A stretch of 64,000 nucleotides of DNA, taken from contig CBDATR010000010.1 of NCBI GenBank assembly GCA_965200155.1, positions 448,001 through 512,000 on the forward strand, written 5' to 3'. Shown here piece after piece: positions 10,477 to 20,988 of this stretch (the stretch's first letter is position 1; each line of letters starts with the position of its first letter). A program made the position numbers and the translations under genes. Below the pieces are notes generated by a model, which saw only the letters and a list, made by a program, of their open reading frames with translations, was not told where the DNA came from and searched no databases. The stretch comes from Nitrosopumilaceae archaeon. Its GTDB lineage: Archaea; Thermoproteota; Nitrososphaeria; Nitrososphaerales; Nitrosopumilaceae.

Positions 10477-10946
10477 ACGAATCCCACTTCAAAAATCTAG
10501 ACAGATACTAACAATCTATTACGTCAGGCGTAAAAATTCAAAGGTTCTACATGCAGGCTGAGTAGTCTACTAAATCTGGGAAACAGCTTTGCCCAAACTA
10601 CCATAAAATATCAATGCGCGCACCACTTTGGTGTGATGGGATGTTTCGGGGAACAGCGCAGTCACTCTCAGGCAAGCCTGGGGCAGCCTGCCTCACACCA
10701 CTTCGGCGGTTTTCTATCCACCAGGCCCGGCGCGCTCAATTTGTTGAAGATGGATTTTGATGATTTCCCGTAAAAAACTGAGTCATTCTTAAATCTGTCG
10801 CCGTACCAAGTAGTAGATTTGCTTCAACATTCACCTAAGTTACGACTTTAACAAGTTAGTGGGGACATGGACTCATGCTGTATCGTGGATTAGTTGTACA
10901 TCACACATAGTATGTGTTTTCCTCCATTCATAATGAACCTAATTTA

Positions 10947-11038
10947 GTATGAGTTCACCTGTGTCTAAATTTACGCATAACTGATCGCGACAGTTAATGT
11001 GATTTGTGCATAAGATTCCGGAAGACGTGAACTCATAC
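10947..11038 (-). mobile_element. MITE-1
   Basis: TSD CTAATTTA. Confidence 0.95.
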
Positions 11039-11359
11039 CTAATTTAAGGAGTGAAAGGTTGCCCTCTCGATATTATTTAGGAAAATAGATACACATTTTC
11101 CTGTAATGCTCCGGTGGTTCTCTGTCGTGGTTTTCCATGGCTGGGTATTCTCTAATTACACCAAAATCATAAATACGGTAAGCTGGGATTTACATAAAGT
11201 AATATACAATAAAACAGCCAAGGCGATTATATTCCTGGTACAGGGAAGCCGATCAATTCGCGAAACAGGACTACGGTGAGGTTATGTCTTTTTACAAGAA
11301 TTTTTATTTTCAATTAATGATACAATTATGCTTGAGATTATTCTACTGTAAAATAATTT

Positions 11360-11449
11360 GTACAAGTCCACTTATGCATAAATTTACGCACGAAGGATCT
11401 AGATAATTAAAACGATTTGCGCATAGAATTAAGGGAAACGTAAACTTAC
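11360..11449 (-). mobile_element. Old, degenerate MITE-1 relative
   Basis: Retains TAAATTTACGCA and GATTTGCGCATA blocks at MITE spacing. Confidence 0.55.
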
Positions 11450-11634
11450 GTGTTGCAACTATGGAGATTATGGATAAAGATCAGGGAATCCATGATAGTG
11501 GTGGATTTTGTGTGTGATCGTTTTGAGCATCGTTGATTTACACACCTATTTGCATAATGTCCTGTGTATGACAAATAACATAATTAATACAATTTAAACA
11601 TGAAATAAAAATAGACGTGATCTCCTGCTTGCGG

Positions 11635-11726
11635 ATGTGAGTTCACCTGTGTCTAAATTTACGCATAACTGATCGCGACAGTTAATGTGATTTGTGCATA
11701 AGATTCCGGAAGACGTGAACTCATAC
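11635..11726 (-). mobile_element. MITE-1
   Basis: TSD GCTTGCGG; left terminus mutated. Confidence 0.9.
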
Positions 11727-11987
11727 GCTTGCGGTGCTTTTATTTTACAGAACTTTGAAAAATACTAGACACGCGTAAAGAAAGAGAGACTTATTACAAG
11801 ACACCAAGTAGCACCATTTCCTGATAAACTCCTCCACATCTATCACTAGTGCACCAGAACTGCGCTAACCAGCAATTGTTCTGACATGGGCGGCGCCTAT
11901 CTATTACGCATTCACGAGGTTTACGTGGTCACAGTCTCCATTCAAAGTATGATGACCTGTGTCATAATGCAGAAAGTGCTTGGGCAG

Positions 11988-12131
11988 GTATCGTTTAGGT
12001 CACCCCTAGGCAACTATTTAAAATACACCGCTAACGTGTCCATTCTTGCTTTTTCTATCATGGCGCATCACATATGCCCATGAATTTACCGTCTAGATGT
12101 TGATCTTTAACGCGAGACCTAAACGGTTAAC
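11988..12131. mobile_element. MITE-2 (GTAACCGTTTAG-ended family)
   Basis: Ends GTATCGTTTAGGTC and GACCTAAACGGTTAAC; near-TSD TTGGGCAG/TTGGGCGG; interior resembles 32466 and 55280. Confidence 0.7.
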
Positions 12132-12178
12132 TTGGGCGGGTCCAAAGCAATTATAAAGCTATACTCGAAAATGTGGTC

Positions 12179-12352
12179 ATGATTTCCTTGAAGTGTCCCG
12201 AGTGTGATGCAGACATAATGATACCATCTGATTCGGTTAAGGGAGAAATAGTTTCGTGCCAAGATTGTGGCCAGAGCTATGAAATAACTGAACTTGATAA
12301 CACGTTACAACTAAAGGTTGCAGAAACTGTGGGCGAAGATTGGGGCGAATAG
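12179..12352 (+). CDS. lysW: Amino-group carrier protein LysW/ArgW (57 aa, missing from the ORF track)
   Basis: CPEC...CQDCG zinc site and C-terminal GEDWGE signature. Confidence 0.95.
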   Translation: MISLKCPECDADIMIPSDSVKGEIVSCQDCGQSYEITELDNTLQLKVAETVGEDWGE

Positions 12353-12378
12353 TCCCACATTATAATAATACAAAAAGA

Positions 12379-13323
12379 CTAGAGGTTTCCAGTGTTTATG
12401 TCATTAAGGCATTGTACGATATCTTGTTTTGTGACTGGAATGGGGTTAGGGTCTAAGTGTCCGCGGTCGGTCATTACCGTGTCCGCAGCATTGGATACGT
12501 CTGCTTTTAATTTCATTTTCTCGAAACCCAATTTCTCCATACACTCCTTAAATTTCTCATAGAACTCAGACTTGTTGAACTTGTGTGCTACCGTAGTACA
12601 TGAGGACAATGAGTAACCGTGTGGTACTCCCTCGTTGGAGAATACATACGAAAGCGCGTGTCCCAATGTGGTAGATGCGTTCCCAAAACCTATGCCGGAC
12701 AGCATAGATCCATACGGATAATCCTGTGGACGATCGTTCATAATCGCCTCGTAAAGTTTGTTGAATGCCTCTTTACACATGTTACGGGTTAGATCATTAC
12801 CAAGCTTACTGTCATGTCCTTCGGATGCTTGTGCTAGTGCGTCACATACTGAGTTGTTTATAATTCGCTGAGGGGTCCCATCCATGAAGTATGAGTCCAC
12901 TACTGCCATGTCTGCTAGAAATCTATCCTCGCGCAACAACTTTTTCTTCCCGTCAAACTTCAGTACACAGTATGTTGTCATCTCGGCCCCGGTACCAAAA
13001 GTGGTGGGGATTAGTATCTTGGGTTTGTTCATCTCCGCTGCTGAGTATTTGACGACGTCCAAGGAGCTTCCGCCCCCCAGACCTATTATGACTGACGGAT
13101 TCTTGTCCTTGTATGACTCTATCACCGAATTAACATCAGCGATGGATGGTTCGGGAGTAACCTTGTCAAACAACATGTAGTTCTTGATTCCCATTCGTGC
13201 TATCCACTTATCAGATAAGGCGGGAGGCGCAGTGGTTACTATGAGCGCATTGTCTGGATACTCTGTTTGGCCTAGGGCATCTTGACCAAAATTGATGATT
13301 TTTGGTATTCTTACCGTATTCAT
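12379..13323 (-). CDS. Iron-containing alcohol dehydrogenase, probably malonic semialdehyde reductase (3HP/4HB cycle)
   Basis: GLGGGSSLD, PTTFGTGAE, GHALS and PHG motifs; closely resembles Nitrosopumilus Msr as recalled. Confidence 0.85.
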   Translation of the reverse strand: MNTVRIPKIINFGQDALGQTEYPDNALIVTTAPPALSDKWIARMGIKNYMLFDKVTPEPSIADVNSVIESYKDKNPSVIIGLGGGSSLDVVKYSAAEMNKPKILIPTTFGTGAEMTTYCVLKFDGKKKLLREDRFLADMAVVDSYFMDGTPQRIINNSVCDALAQASEGHDSKLGNDLTRNMCKEAFNKLYEAIMNDRPQDYPYGSMLSGIGFGNASTTLGHALSYVFSNEGVPHGYSLSSCTTVAHKFNKSEFYEKFKECMEKLGFEKMKLKADVSNAADTVMTDRGHLDPNPIPVTKQDIVQCLNDINTGNL

Positions 13324-13364
13324 TATTCTTGCTCTGCAAACTAGCGTTATATAGGTAAGTACTG

Positions 13365-13456
13365 GTATGAGTTCACGTCTTCCGGAATCTTATACACAAA
13401 TCACATTAACTGTCGCGATCAGTTATGCGTAAATTTAGACACAGGTGAACTCATAC
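13365..13456 (+). mobile_element. MITE-1
   Basis: TSD AAGTACTG. Confidence 0.95.
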
Positions 13457-13482
13457 AAGTACTGCCCATGTACAAATAATCT

Positions 13483-15177
13483 GTATGAGTTCACGTGTTT
13501 TGATCACATAATAAGATAGAATGCGTCCCAGTTTTTTTAATTATAACTGCATTCTGGCAGCAACCTCGTTCATAACAGAAAGGCCTTGAGCCCTCCATGT
13601 CTGAACACATGATACAAATGTAGACATGCGGCGCATTGCCCTTTCGCCACCCTTTATCTGACCACTAATCTTGCGGAATACCACTGCGTATCGCAAAGCC
13701 TGCTCCGCTGGATTGTTGGTGGGCTCTACACAGTCATATTCTAAGAATACGAACATGCATGGTATGGCCTTATTCAATCCTTTTACCTTCTTTTGTAGTT
13801 CAGTATCATCAACATCACAGTACTGATGCAGAATGGATTCTGCTCCTGCCTCAAATGAGTGTCGTAATTGCGCGGACGGCCCGCAGTGATTCAGGGATTC
13901 CCGTGCGCTCCGGAACAATCCTTTCAGGTCGTTGTCAAGTTTGATCCGGGCGTCCTGAGCACCGGGATCGATATAGAATCCTGCATGTAATGCCTGGGTA
14001 TCGCGCAATAAATGCGCCCAACACAACTGGTGCTTCCCACCGTCATCAAACCGGCGGTACACAACGTACCTGTCTGTGACTATCGCGCCCTGGTAACCGT
14101 TCGGGTATTTGTTCACTACATTTGAACTCCTACTTTTGTCATATATGGACATCATCCACTCTTCGGCCCGCATCCCCCATACCCAGCCACGCCTACCCGC
14201 CAGTGATATACCAGTTTCGTCCACATGAATGCTGGGTGATTTTATTATATTCTCATGAATTGTTTCCATAAATGATTCACATGCATCGGCGGCCCTGGCA
14301 ATTATGTTGTTTACTGCACCCACCGATATATTTAGGCCGAAGAGATCCCTCGAAATTACAGGTATGCGTTTTATTGGAATCTTTTCCGCACGCAATGCAG
14401 TGATGGCACCGCATAATTGAACCCCAAAACTACCACTCTTTGGGACGCCCGCTGCTGGGGCCAGTTGTTTTTTGCCGCACTTGCATGCAGCCATTTCTAT
14501 CACATGAAGGGTCTCCTCTATTTTGGCTGGTATTAATTCCGTTATGTGTCGTTGTTTCCAACCAATTTTTGTCATCATATTGCCGCACTCACATAGTGGA
14601 GTATGCTCAAAGGTGTGATGCACTACTCTGCCGGGGTTGTGGGAACGGGAAACCCCCTTGTGTCCCTTTTGCGCGCCAGCCTTTTTGGCTGATTTCGTAC
14701 TGGCTTCTGTCTGTTGCTTATTATCTCCCTGTTTTCGCTTCTGTTCCTCCTGTTTTCGCTTCTTGTACTGGAGGGATTGAAGGGATGGTGGCGAGTGAGC
14801 ATTCTCATAATATTTAAGTCGCGTTGTGAGTACCGCAATTTTCCTGTCTTTTTCTACTAATTCCTCTTTTAATTCACTTACATAATTTCTAATAATTTGG
14901 AAATCTTGTATATGATTTCGTATTTCTTTTATGGTGTGTGACATATATGCTTCCAATACTCTCACACGTTCCTTGTAATGTGCAAGATCTTTCTTGTAAT
15001 CCTCAATATCTTTCTTGATAGACGCAAGGGTATCCTGAAGAAGTTTATTTTCCAGTTCCAATTCCTTATAGGACCGGCGTCTTCTCATTAGATTCTTATT
15101 GCAAATTTGGTATTTAAGTAAAATATTGCCATACCAATCTATATCTTAGTGAATGATCAAAACACGTGAACTCATAC
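13483..15177 (-). mobile_element. IS66-family (single-ORF, ISBst12-type) insertion sequence, complete; likely driver of MITE-1
   Basis: 24-bp TIR GTATGAGTTCACGTGTTTTGATCA shares its terminus with MITE-1; no TSD retained. Confidence 0.9.
13541..15088 (-). CDS. IS66 transposase (TnpC-like), intact
   Basis: Coiled-coil N-terminus, GAQKGHKG, HVDETG, TDRY, QLCWAHLLRD and PTNNPAEQALR motifs. Confidence 0.95.
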   Translation of the reverse strand: MRRRRSYKELELENKLLQDTLASIKKDIEDYKKDLAHYKERVRVLEAYMSHTIKEIRNHIQDFQIIRNYVSELKEELVEKDRKIAVLTTRLKYYENAHSPPSLQSLQYKKRKQEEQKRKQGDNKQQTEASTKSAKKAGAQKGHKGVSRSHNPGRVVHHTFEHTPLCECGNMMTKIGWKQRHITELIPAKIEETLHVIEMAACKCGKKQLAPAAGVPKSGSFGVQLCGAITALRAEKIPIKRIPVISRDLFGLNISVGAVNNIIARAADACESFMETIHENIIKSPSIHVDETGISLAGRRGWVWGMRAEEWMMSIYDKSRSSNVVNKYPNGYQGAIVTDRYVVYRRFDDGGKHQLCWAHLLRDTQALHAGFYIDPGAQDARIKLDNDLKGLFRSARESLNHCGPSAQLRHSFEAGAESILHQYCDVDDTELQKKVKGLNKAIPCMFVFLEYDCVEPTNNPAEQALRYAVVFRKISGQIKGGERAMRRMSTFVSCVQTWRAQGLSVMNEVAARMQL

Positions 15178-15351
15178 AGTATTATGTCTCCACGTTTTAT
15201 CTCTCACTCATTCTCCTTGTAATGTGCAAGTTCTTTCTTGGTAGACGCAAGGGTATCCTGAAGAATCTGATTTTTCAGTTCCAATTCCTTATAGGACCGG
15301 CGCCTTCTCATTAGATTCTGATTGCAAATTTGATATTTAAGCAAAATATTG

Positions 15352-15443
15352 GTATGAGTTCACGTCTTCCGGAATATTATGCACAAATCACATTAACTGT
15401 CGCGATCAGTTATGCGTAAATTTAGGCACAGGTGAACTCACAC
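15352..15443 (+). mobile_element. MITE-1
   Basis: Part of the tandem duplication; no TSD. Confidence 0.9.
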
Positions 15444-15529
15444 TCTGAATTTCCAGTTCCAATTCCTTATAGGACCGGCGCCTTCTCATTAGATTCTGAT
15501 TGCAAATTTGATATTTAAGCAAAATATTG

Positions 15530-15621
15530 GTATGAGTTCACGTCTTCCGGAATATTATGCACAAATCACATTAACTGTCGCGATCAGTTATGCGTAAATT
15601 TAGGCACAGGTGAACTCATAC
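15530..15621 (+). mobile_element. MITE-1
   Basis: Second copy in the tandem duplication; shares private SNPs with 15352. Confidence 0.9.
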
Positions 15622-16065
15622 AAAAGGATTGAATAAGGCCATACCAGGCATGTTCGTATTCTTAGAATATGACGGTGTGGAGCCCACCAACAATCCAGCG
15701 GAGCAGTGGAACCGGTTCTGATACGCAGTGGTATTCCGCAAGATTAGTGGTCAGATAAAGGGTGGTGAAAGGGCCATGCGCCGCATGTCCATATGTGTTC
15801 AGACATGGAGGGCTCAGGGCCTTTCTGTAATGAACGAGGTTGCTGCCAGAATGCAATTATAATTAAAAAACTGGGATGCATTCTATCATATTATGTGATC
15901 AAAACACGTGAACTCATACCTATATCTTAGTGAATGATCAAAACACGTGAACTCATACTGTTCATGCTTGACTGATTGTGTGTCATAAAATACACCCCAG
16001 TTTGAAGCAACCTAGGCTGTTACTGTCAATCATGCGTATAAGGTCTAATATATCGTCCATGTGGT

Positions 16066-16365
16066 TTACGATCGCCTTTTCTTTCTGTGTGGGAGTTGCT
16101 TTTCAACCTCGGCTTGGCGACTATCTACAGTAAGAATAATCTTCTGTACCATACCATCAAGATCATCGTCTGTAGCCTTAGGTTCTATGCAATTGGATAT
16201 GTCTGATATAACTCCGGATATCTCCGCGCTTACCTCCTCAAAACTCTCAGGATCCTCGTATGCCTGTGCATATAGCTGCTTAAGCCGTCCCACCTGACTT
16301 ATTACAGAATCTGTCAGTGTGAATTTGTACGTGGAACCATTTACCGATACTTCCTTTACAATCAT
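16066..16365 (-). CDS. Hypothetical protein
   Basis: 99-aa ORF with plausible composition. Confidence 0.6.
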   Translation of the reverse strand: MIVKEVSVNGSTYKFTLTDSVISQVGRLKQLYAQAYEDPESFEEVSAEISGVISDISNCIEPKATDDDLDGMVQKIILTVDSRQAEVEKQLPHRKKRRS

Positions 16366-16682
16366 ACCGTTTCATTTTTTGAGGTATCCTTAAAGGTTTT
16401 GAGCCGGGATTCACGAATGCATGAGTATGCCGGATTGTGAGGTTGAGTAACATGTAAAATGGTTGTATTATTTTCGTAATGTTGTCTTTGTTAATAAAAT
16501 ACCTATTGGTCCATAAGAGTATACGTAACTGTTCAGTATATAGTAGAGTGGATACAGATTATGCCTGCATGTTCCGGTAATAATAACGGCATACGTTTGT
16601 AATAGTATCGATTATCTCGACTTGCTAATCCCTGTAAAAATATTCTGAGCATATATTCCGCAGGATGCATCGCAAGTGAAAC

Positions 16683-16774
16683 GTATGAGTTCACCTGTGT
16701 CTAAATTTACGTATAACTGATCGCGACAGTTAATGTGATTTGTGCATAAGATTCCGGCAGACGTGAACTCATAC
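16683..16774 (-). mobile_element. MITE-1
   Basis: TSD AGTGAAAC. Confidence 0.95.
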
Positions 16775-16814
16775 AGTGAAACTTGATATGTTATGTTAGT
16801 GTAATTTTGTAGAT

Positions 16815-17126
16815 ATGAGAGATGATGACAAGTTTGAGATTATGCGTGCAATGGATATGCTGCCCCATGTGGCAGGGGCCAGTTTTGCCACAGTATGGTT
16901 CCGATTAAACGGCAATCGCCGTCCTACTAGGGATGAATTTAGAATAAAGACTACAGAATATCTGAGCGCCGCATGTGATGCACTGGAATCATTTCCTGAC
17001 ACTGAAAAGTTTGTACCCATAAAAAAATACATTCGCAAGCGGATCAAGACCGAGATTGCCGATATATTAAATGGTAAAAATGGTGAGATCGAAAAGAGAT
17101 ATGATAGATATGTAGATTATGGGTAA
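16815..17126 (+). CDS. Conserved thaumarchaeal hypothetical protein
   Basis: 103 aa ending RYDRYVDYG; resembles Nitrosopumilus hypotheticals as recalled. Confidence 0.7.
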   Translation: MRDDDKFEIMRAMDMLPHVAGASFATVWFRLNGNRRPTRDEFRIKTTEYLSAACDALESFPDTEKFVPIKKYIRKRIKTEIADILNGKNGEIEKRYDRYVDYG

Positions 17127-17167
17127 CTACTGCCAAATCATATGTCTCATTATACATCTAATGTTTT

Positions 17168-17393
17168 GTATGAGTTCACGTGATTGGTGTAATGCATTCT
17201 ACTACAGAAAGGGCCGGTGTGGACTTTATCTGGCCGGGAATCGTCCCCGGAACACGTCCATGAATGATTCAATCCCTTCTGCAGAATGGCGCCGGCCTCA
17301 ATTTGAGCGAACGGCTTTGATCCGGGCGTGATCGGGGTATGAGTTCACGTGTTTTGTTCATTCACTAAGATATAGATTGGTATGACAATATTT
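17168..17393. mobile_element. IS66 end fragments and decayed transposase pieces
   Basis: GTATGAGTTCACGTG termini at 17168 and 17337. Confidence 0.65.
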
Positions 17394-17485
17394 GTATGAG
17401 TTCATCTGTGTCTAAATTTACGCATAACTGATCGCGACAGTTAATGTGATTTGCGCATCAGATTCCGGCAGACGTGAACTCATAC
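17394..17485 (-). mobile_element. MITE-1
   Basis: Joins an IS66 end to a truncated IS5; no TSD. Confidence 0.9.
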
Positions 17486-18743
17486 ACCCGGATACTACGA
17501 GTAGATCTTCCCGGAATTCCTCCCGACTGCCATCATATACCTGACTTAATCTACGATATGCCTTGAGCATACGTATGACATGCTCGATTAATATGCGCCT
17601 TTTTGATACAGTTTTGTTATATTTCCTTTCAGTTTTAGTGAGTGATTCCCCGCCCTTGTATGGAATTATGACCTTTGCGCCGGGTAGGAAGTCTTTCATC
17701 CCCTGGTATCCTGCATCTGCGACTACTGTTATCTTATCAGATGGCGGCGTGGTTGATTCTTCTAGGGACTTGCCGCCAAGGGGAATATCATTCTTGAATA
17801 TGCCATAATCGTGTCTTTTCCCCTCATATACTCCACTGACGTGAATTATCGTATGAGTTCACCTGTGTCTAAATTTACGCATAACTGATCGCGATAGTTA
17901 ATGTGATTTGTGCATAAGATTCCGCAAGACGTGAACTCATACGAATTATCAGTCTTGATGTCATCTGTAAGTTGTACGGGTGGGTTTTTTGTTTACCAGA
18001 ATACATTGCCTCCTGATTTTTTTCAGGACGTTGTACGCGTACATGTATCCCATCAGTCTTTATCTCCCCTCCGGCTCGGCCTGGAACAATTTCCTTAAAG
18101 TCGGGTGTTGACTTGATTTGTGATATTGCTTTTGCAACGGTATCTGCCGTTGGAAGTATCTTGATCAGTCCCTGCTTTGTAAACTGGATGTAACGGCATA
18201 TGTTTGACTGGTTTATCTTGAGTATTGCTGCCAGCAGCTCCTGCTTTGTATTGTAGCGCAGGCGTATCAGTGTAACTAAGAGTACATGTCTGACCGGAAA
18301 TTTGTTCACGTGCCCGCGATCATTTGTAAGTTCTAAGAATCGCCGTGCATCATCGCCTTCTTCCAGGGACTCTACGTATTCTGCGAACTGGTTAGTATCC
18401 ATTTGAACTCTTCCGGGGTGCATCCGGTCAGGGAATGAAGCTGATCCTTGCGTTCTATAATGTCATCAAGATTTGAAACGAGGGCATTCTTTGTTTGAGC
18501 TTCAAGTTTGCCACGCAGGTTTGTTACTTCGGCCTCGGTGCGTAGCCGGTATTACTCTGTGACTAACTGCTCCTTGGTGAGTTCTTCTGCTTTTAGCATA
18601 CCTGGTACTACAAAATTAGGTCTTAACTTTTCTGTTTCACACGAGTCTGTGTGGGAAAACCCATGATACTAGGTCAATTGTTCGTATCTAACAACTTGTT
18701 TTAGACGTGTAGGGTGGGAGAAGTGATTCTGTGCATACGGTCT
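17486..18743 (-). pseudogene. IS5-family transposase pseudogene (copy 2)
   Basis: Near-identical to 8535-9780 with indels, a MITE insertion and 3' truncation; end ACGGTCT followed by ATT. Confidence 0.9.
17851..17942 (-). mobile_element. MITE-1
   Basis: TSD GAATTATC; inside IS5. Confidence 0.95.
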
Positions 18744-18786
18744 ATTGCAGCATACAAGTTAAATATTCTATATAGGTAGATTAAAT

Positions 18787-18939
18787 ATGGAGATTGCCAT
18801 GCAAAAAAAGTTTGGTAGTATGCAAAGTTGTCAATGTGGCATATGCGGTCATCGTAATGCAGAAGAATGTGTAAAGAATGAATGTGTCTGTTGTCTTAAT
18901 TTTCACGTACGCTCAGGACCGGGCAGACGTGATCACTAG
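18787..18939 (+). CDS. Small Cys-rich (metallothionein-like) protein, 50 aa, missing from the ORF track
   Basis: ...SCQCGICGHRNAEECVKNECVCCLNFHVRS... Confidence 0.6.
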   Translation: MEIAMQKKFGSMQSCQCGICGHRNAEECVKNECVCCLNFHVRSGPGRRDH

Positions 18940-19174
18940 ACCATTACGGCCAGATACTAGACTCGATGATTATGTTGTACAACATCCCCAAACTTAGAGA
19001 TGTATGTAATAGACTAGAGGCAGAGAACTTTTCATACTGCCAGTAATAATGCCCATACATAGATTGTAATTGTTAATGGGGTGCGCCATCACATGGAGTT
19101 TGTGAGCGCAAGATGTGCCAGTCTGTATTTAGTGCCAAGAGACAGGGGGATGCACAAAGCCATACCCAACAGGC

Positions 19175-19903
19175 GTATGAGTTCACGTGTTTTGATCATT
19201 CACTAAGATGTATAGATTGGTATGACAATATTTTGCTTAAATACCAAATTTGCAATAAGAATCTAATGAGAAGACGCCTGTCCTATAAGGAATTGGAACT
19301 GGAAAATCAGATTCTTCAGGATACCCTTGCGTCTACCGAGAAAGATCTTGCACATTACAAGGAACGTGTGAGAGTATTGGAAGCATATATTTCACGCACC
19401 ACAAAAGAAATACGAAATCTCACACACGATTTCCAAATTATTAGGAATTATGTAAATGAATTGAATGAGAAATTAGAAGAAAAACAGGGGAAAATTGCGG
19501 TAATCACAACGCGACTTAAATATTATGAGAATGCTCACTCGCCGTATGAATTCACGTCTTCCGGAATCTTATGCGCAAATCACATTAACTGTCGCGATCA
19601 GTTATGCGTAAATTTAGACACAGGTGAACTCATACTGTTCGTATTCCTAGAATATGACAGTGTGGAGCCCACCAACAATCCAGCGGAGCAGTGGAACCGG
19701 TTCTGATACGCAGTGGTATTCCGCAAGATTAGTGGTCAGATAAAGGGTGGTGAAAGGGCCATGCGCCGCATGTCATATGTGTTCAGACATGGAGGGCTCA
19801 GGGCCTTTCTGTAATGAACGAGGTTGCTGCCAGAATGCATTTATAATTAAAAAACTGGGATGCATTCTATCTTATTATGTGATCAAAACACGTGAACTCA
19901 TAC
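19175..19903 (+). mobile_element. Internally deleted IS66 derivative with both TIRs
   Basis: About 1 kb of transposase core replaced by a MITE at 19544. Confidence 0.9.
19544..19635 (+). mobile_element. MITE-1
   Basis: Sits at the deletion junction; no TSD. Confidence 0.9.
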
Positions 19904-20013
19904 TCCATTTGAACTCTTCCGGGGTGCATCCGGTCAGGGAATGAAGCTGATCCTTGCGTTCGATGTTGTCATCAAGATTTGAAATGAGTGCGTTCTTTGT
20001 GAGATTCGAGTTT

Positions 20014-20105
20014 GTATGAGTTCATCTGTGTCTAAATTTACGCACAACTGATCGCGACAGTTAATGTGATTTGTGCACAAGATTCCGGAAGACGTGAACT
20101 CATAC
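20014..20105 (-). mobile_element. MITE-1
   Basis: TSD TCGAGTTT. Confidence 0.95.
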
Positions 20106-20301
20106 TCGAGTTTGCCACGTAGGTTTGTTACTTCGGACTCGGTGCGTAGCCGGTTGTACTCTGTGACTAACTACTCCTTGGTGAGTTCTTCTGCTTTTGG
20201 CATACCTGGTACTACAAAATTAGATCTTAACTTTTCTGTTTCACACGAGTCTGTGTGTGAAAACCCATGATATTAGGTCAATTGTTCGTATCTAAAAACT
20301 T

Positions 20302-20393
20302 GTATGAATTCACGTCTTCCGGAATCTTATGCACAAATCACATTGACTGTCGCGATCAGTTATGCGTAAATTTAGACACAGGTGAACTCATAC
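20302..20393 (+). mobile_element. MITE-1
   Basis: TSD AAAAACTT. Confidence 0.95.
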
Positions 20394-20544
20394 AAAAACT
20401 TGGTTTAGACGTGCAGGGTGGGGGGAAGTGATTCTGCGCATACGGTCTAGTATTTCTGTTATTTTTTGTAACAGCTGCACTCCTTCTTGATATGTTTTAG
20501 GCACCCCACCAGACGGTGATCCTTGCACCCACACAACATACAGG

Positions 20545-20919
20545 TCACATCTTTTCGAGTACATCATTTATTTTGTCAGTTAAGTCTTTTTCGTTCAGCG
20601 CCTCCAATATTTTGTGCCGAATATGTCTGAGTCTACCTGGATCATCGCCATATAGCGGCTCCATGATGTATATCTCCCTTTCAAAATAGTAATCATTCAG
20701 AAACAGTTCCGCCCTAGATGATAGACCGGCTATGTCAATGCTAGGATAGTCTTTGGGATCTACCTTGCTTACTATGACTTGCATTATACCCTTGATTCGA
20801 AGCAGCTCCTGTCTTAGTATGGTAAGATCTCCGGGCTTATCTTGGAGTTCAGATACGATATTATATGAATCCAGTAACTGTGTGAGAAGGCCACGTATGT
20901 ATTGTCTGTGGGTTTTCAT
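20545..20919 (-). CDS. Conserved thaumarchaeal hypothetical protein
   Basis: Helical ORF with YYFEREI...LYGDDPGRL motif. Confidence 0.65.
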   Translation of the reverse strand: MKTHRQYIRGLLTQLLDSYNIVSELQDKPGDLTILRQELLRIKGIMQVIVSKVDPKDYPSIDIAGLSSRAELFLNDYYFEREIYIMEPLYGDDPGRLRHIRHKILEALNEKDLTDKINDVLEKM

Positions 20920-20988
20920 GTATGTAGTACGTAAATATTCACTAAAGTATGTATTTAATATTAAGTTAGAATTACACATGTGTGTAGA

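Larger units (their letters stand above)
15210..16047. mobile_element. Cluster of IS66 and IS5 fragments with a tandemly duplicated (IS66 fragment + MITE) unit
   Basis: About 178-bp duplication; IS66 ends at 15918 and 15958; IS5 end AAGGTCT at 16047. Confidence 0.8.
19904..20448 (-). pseudogene. IS5 5' fragment (copy 3) with two MITE insertions
   Basis: Matches 9430-9780. Confidence 0.85.
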
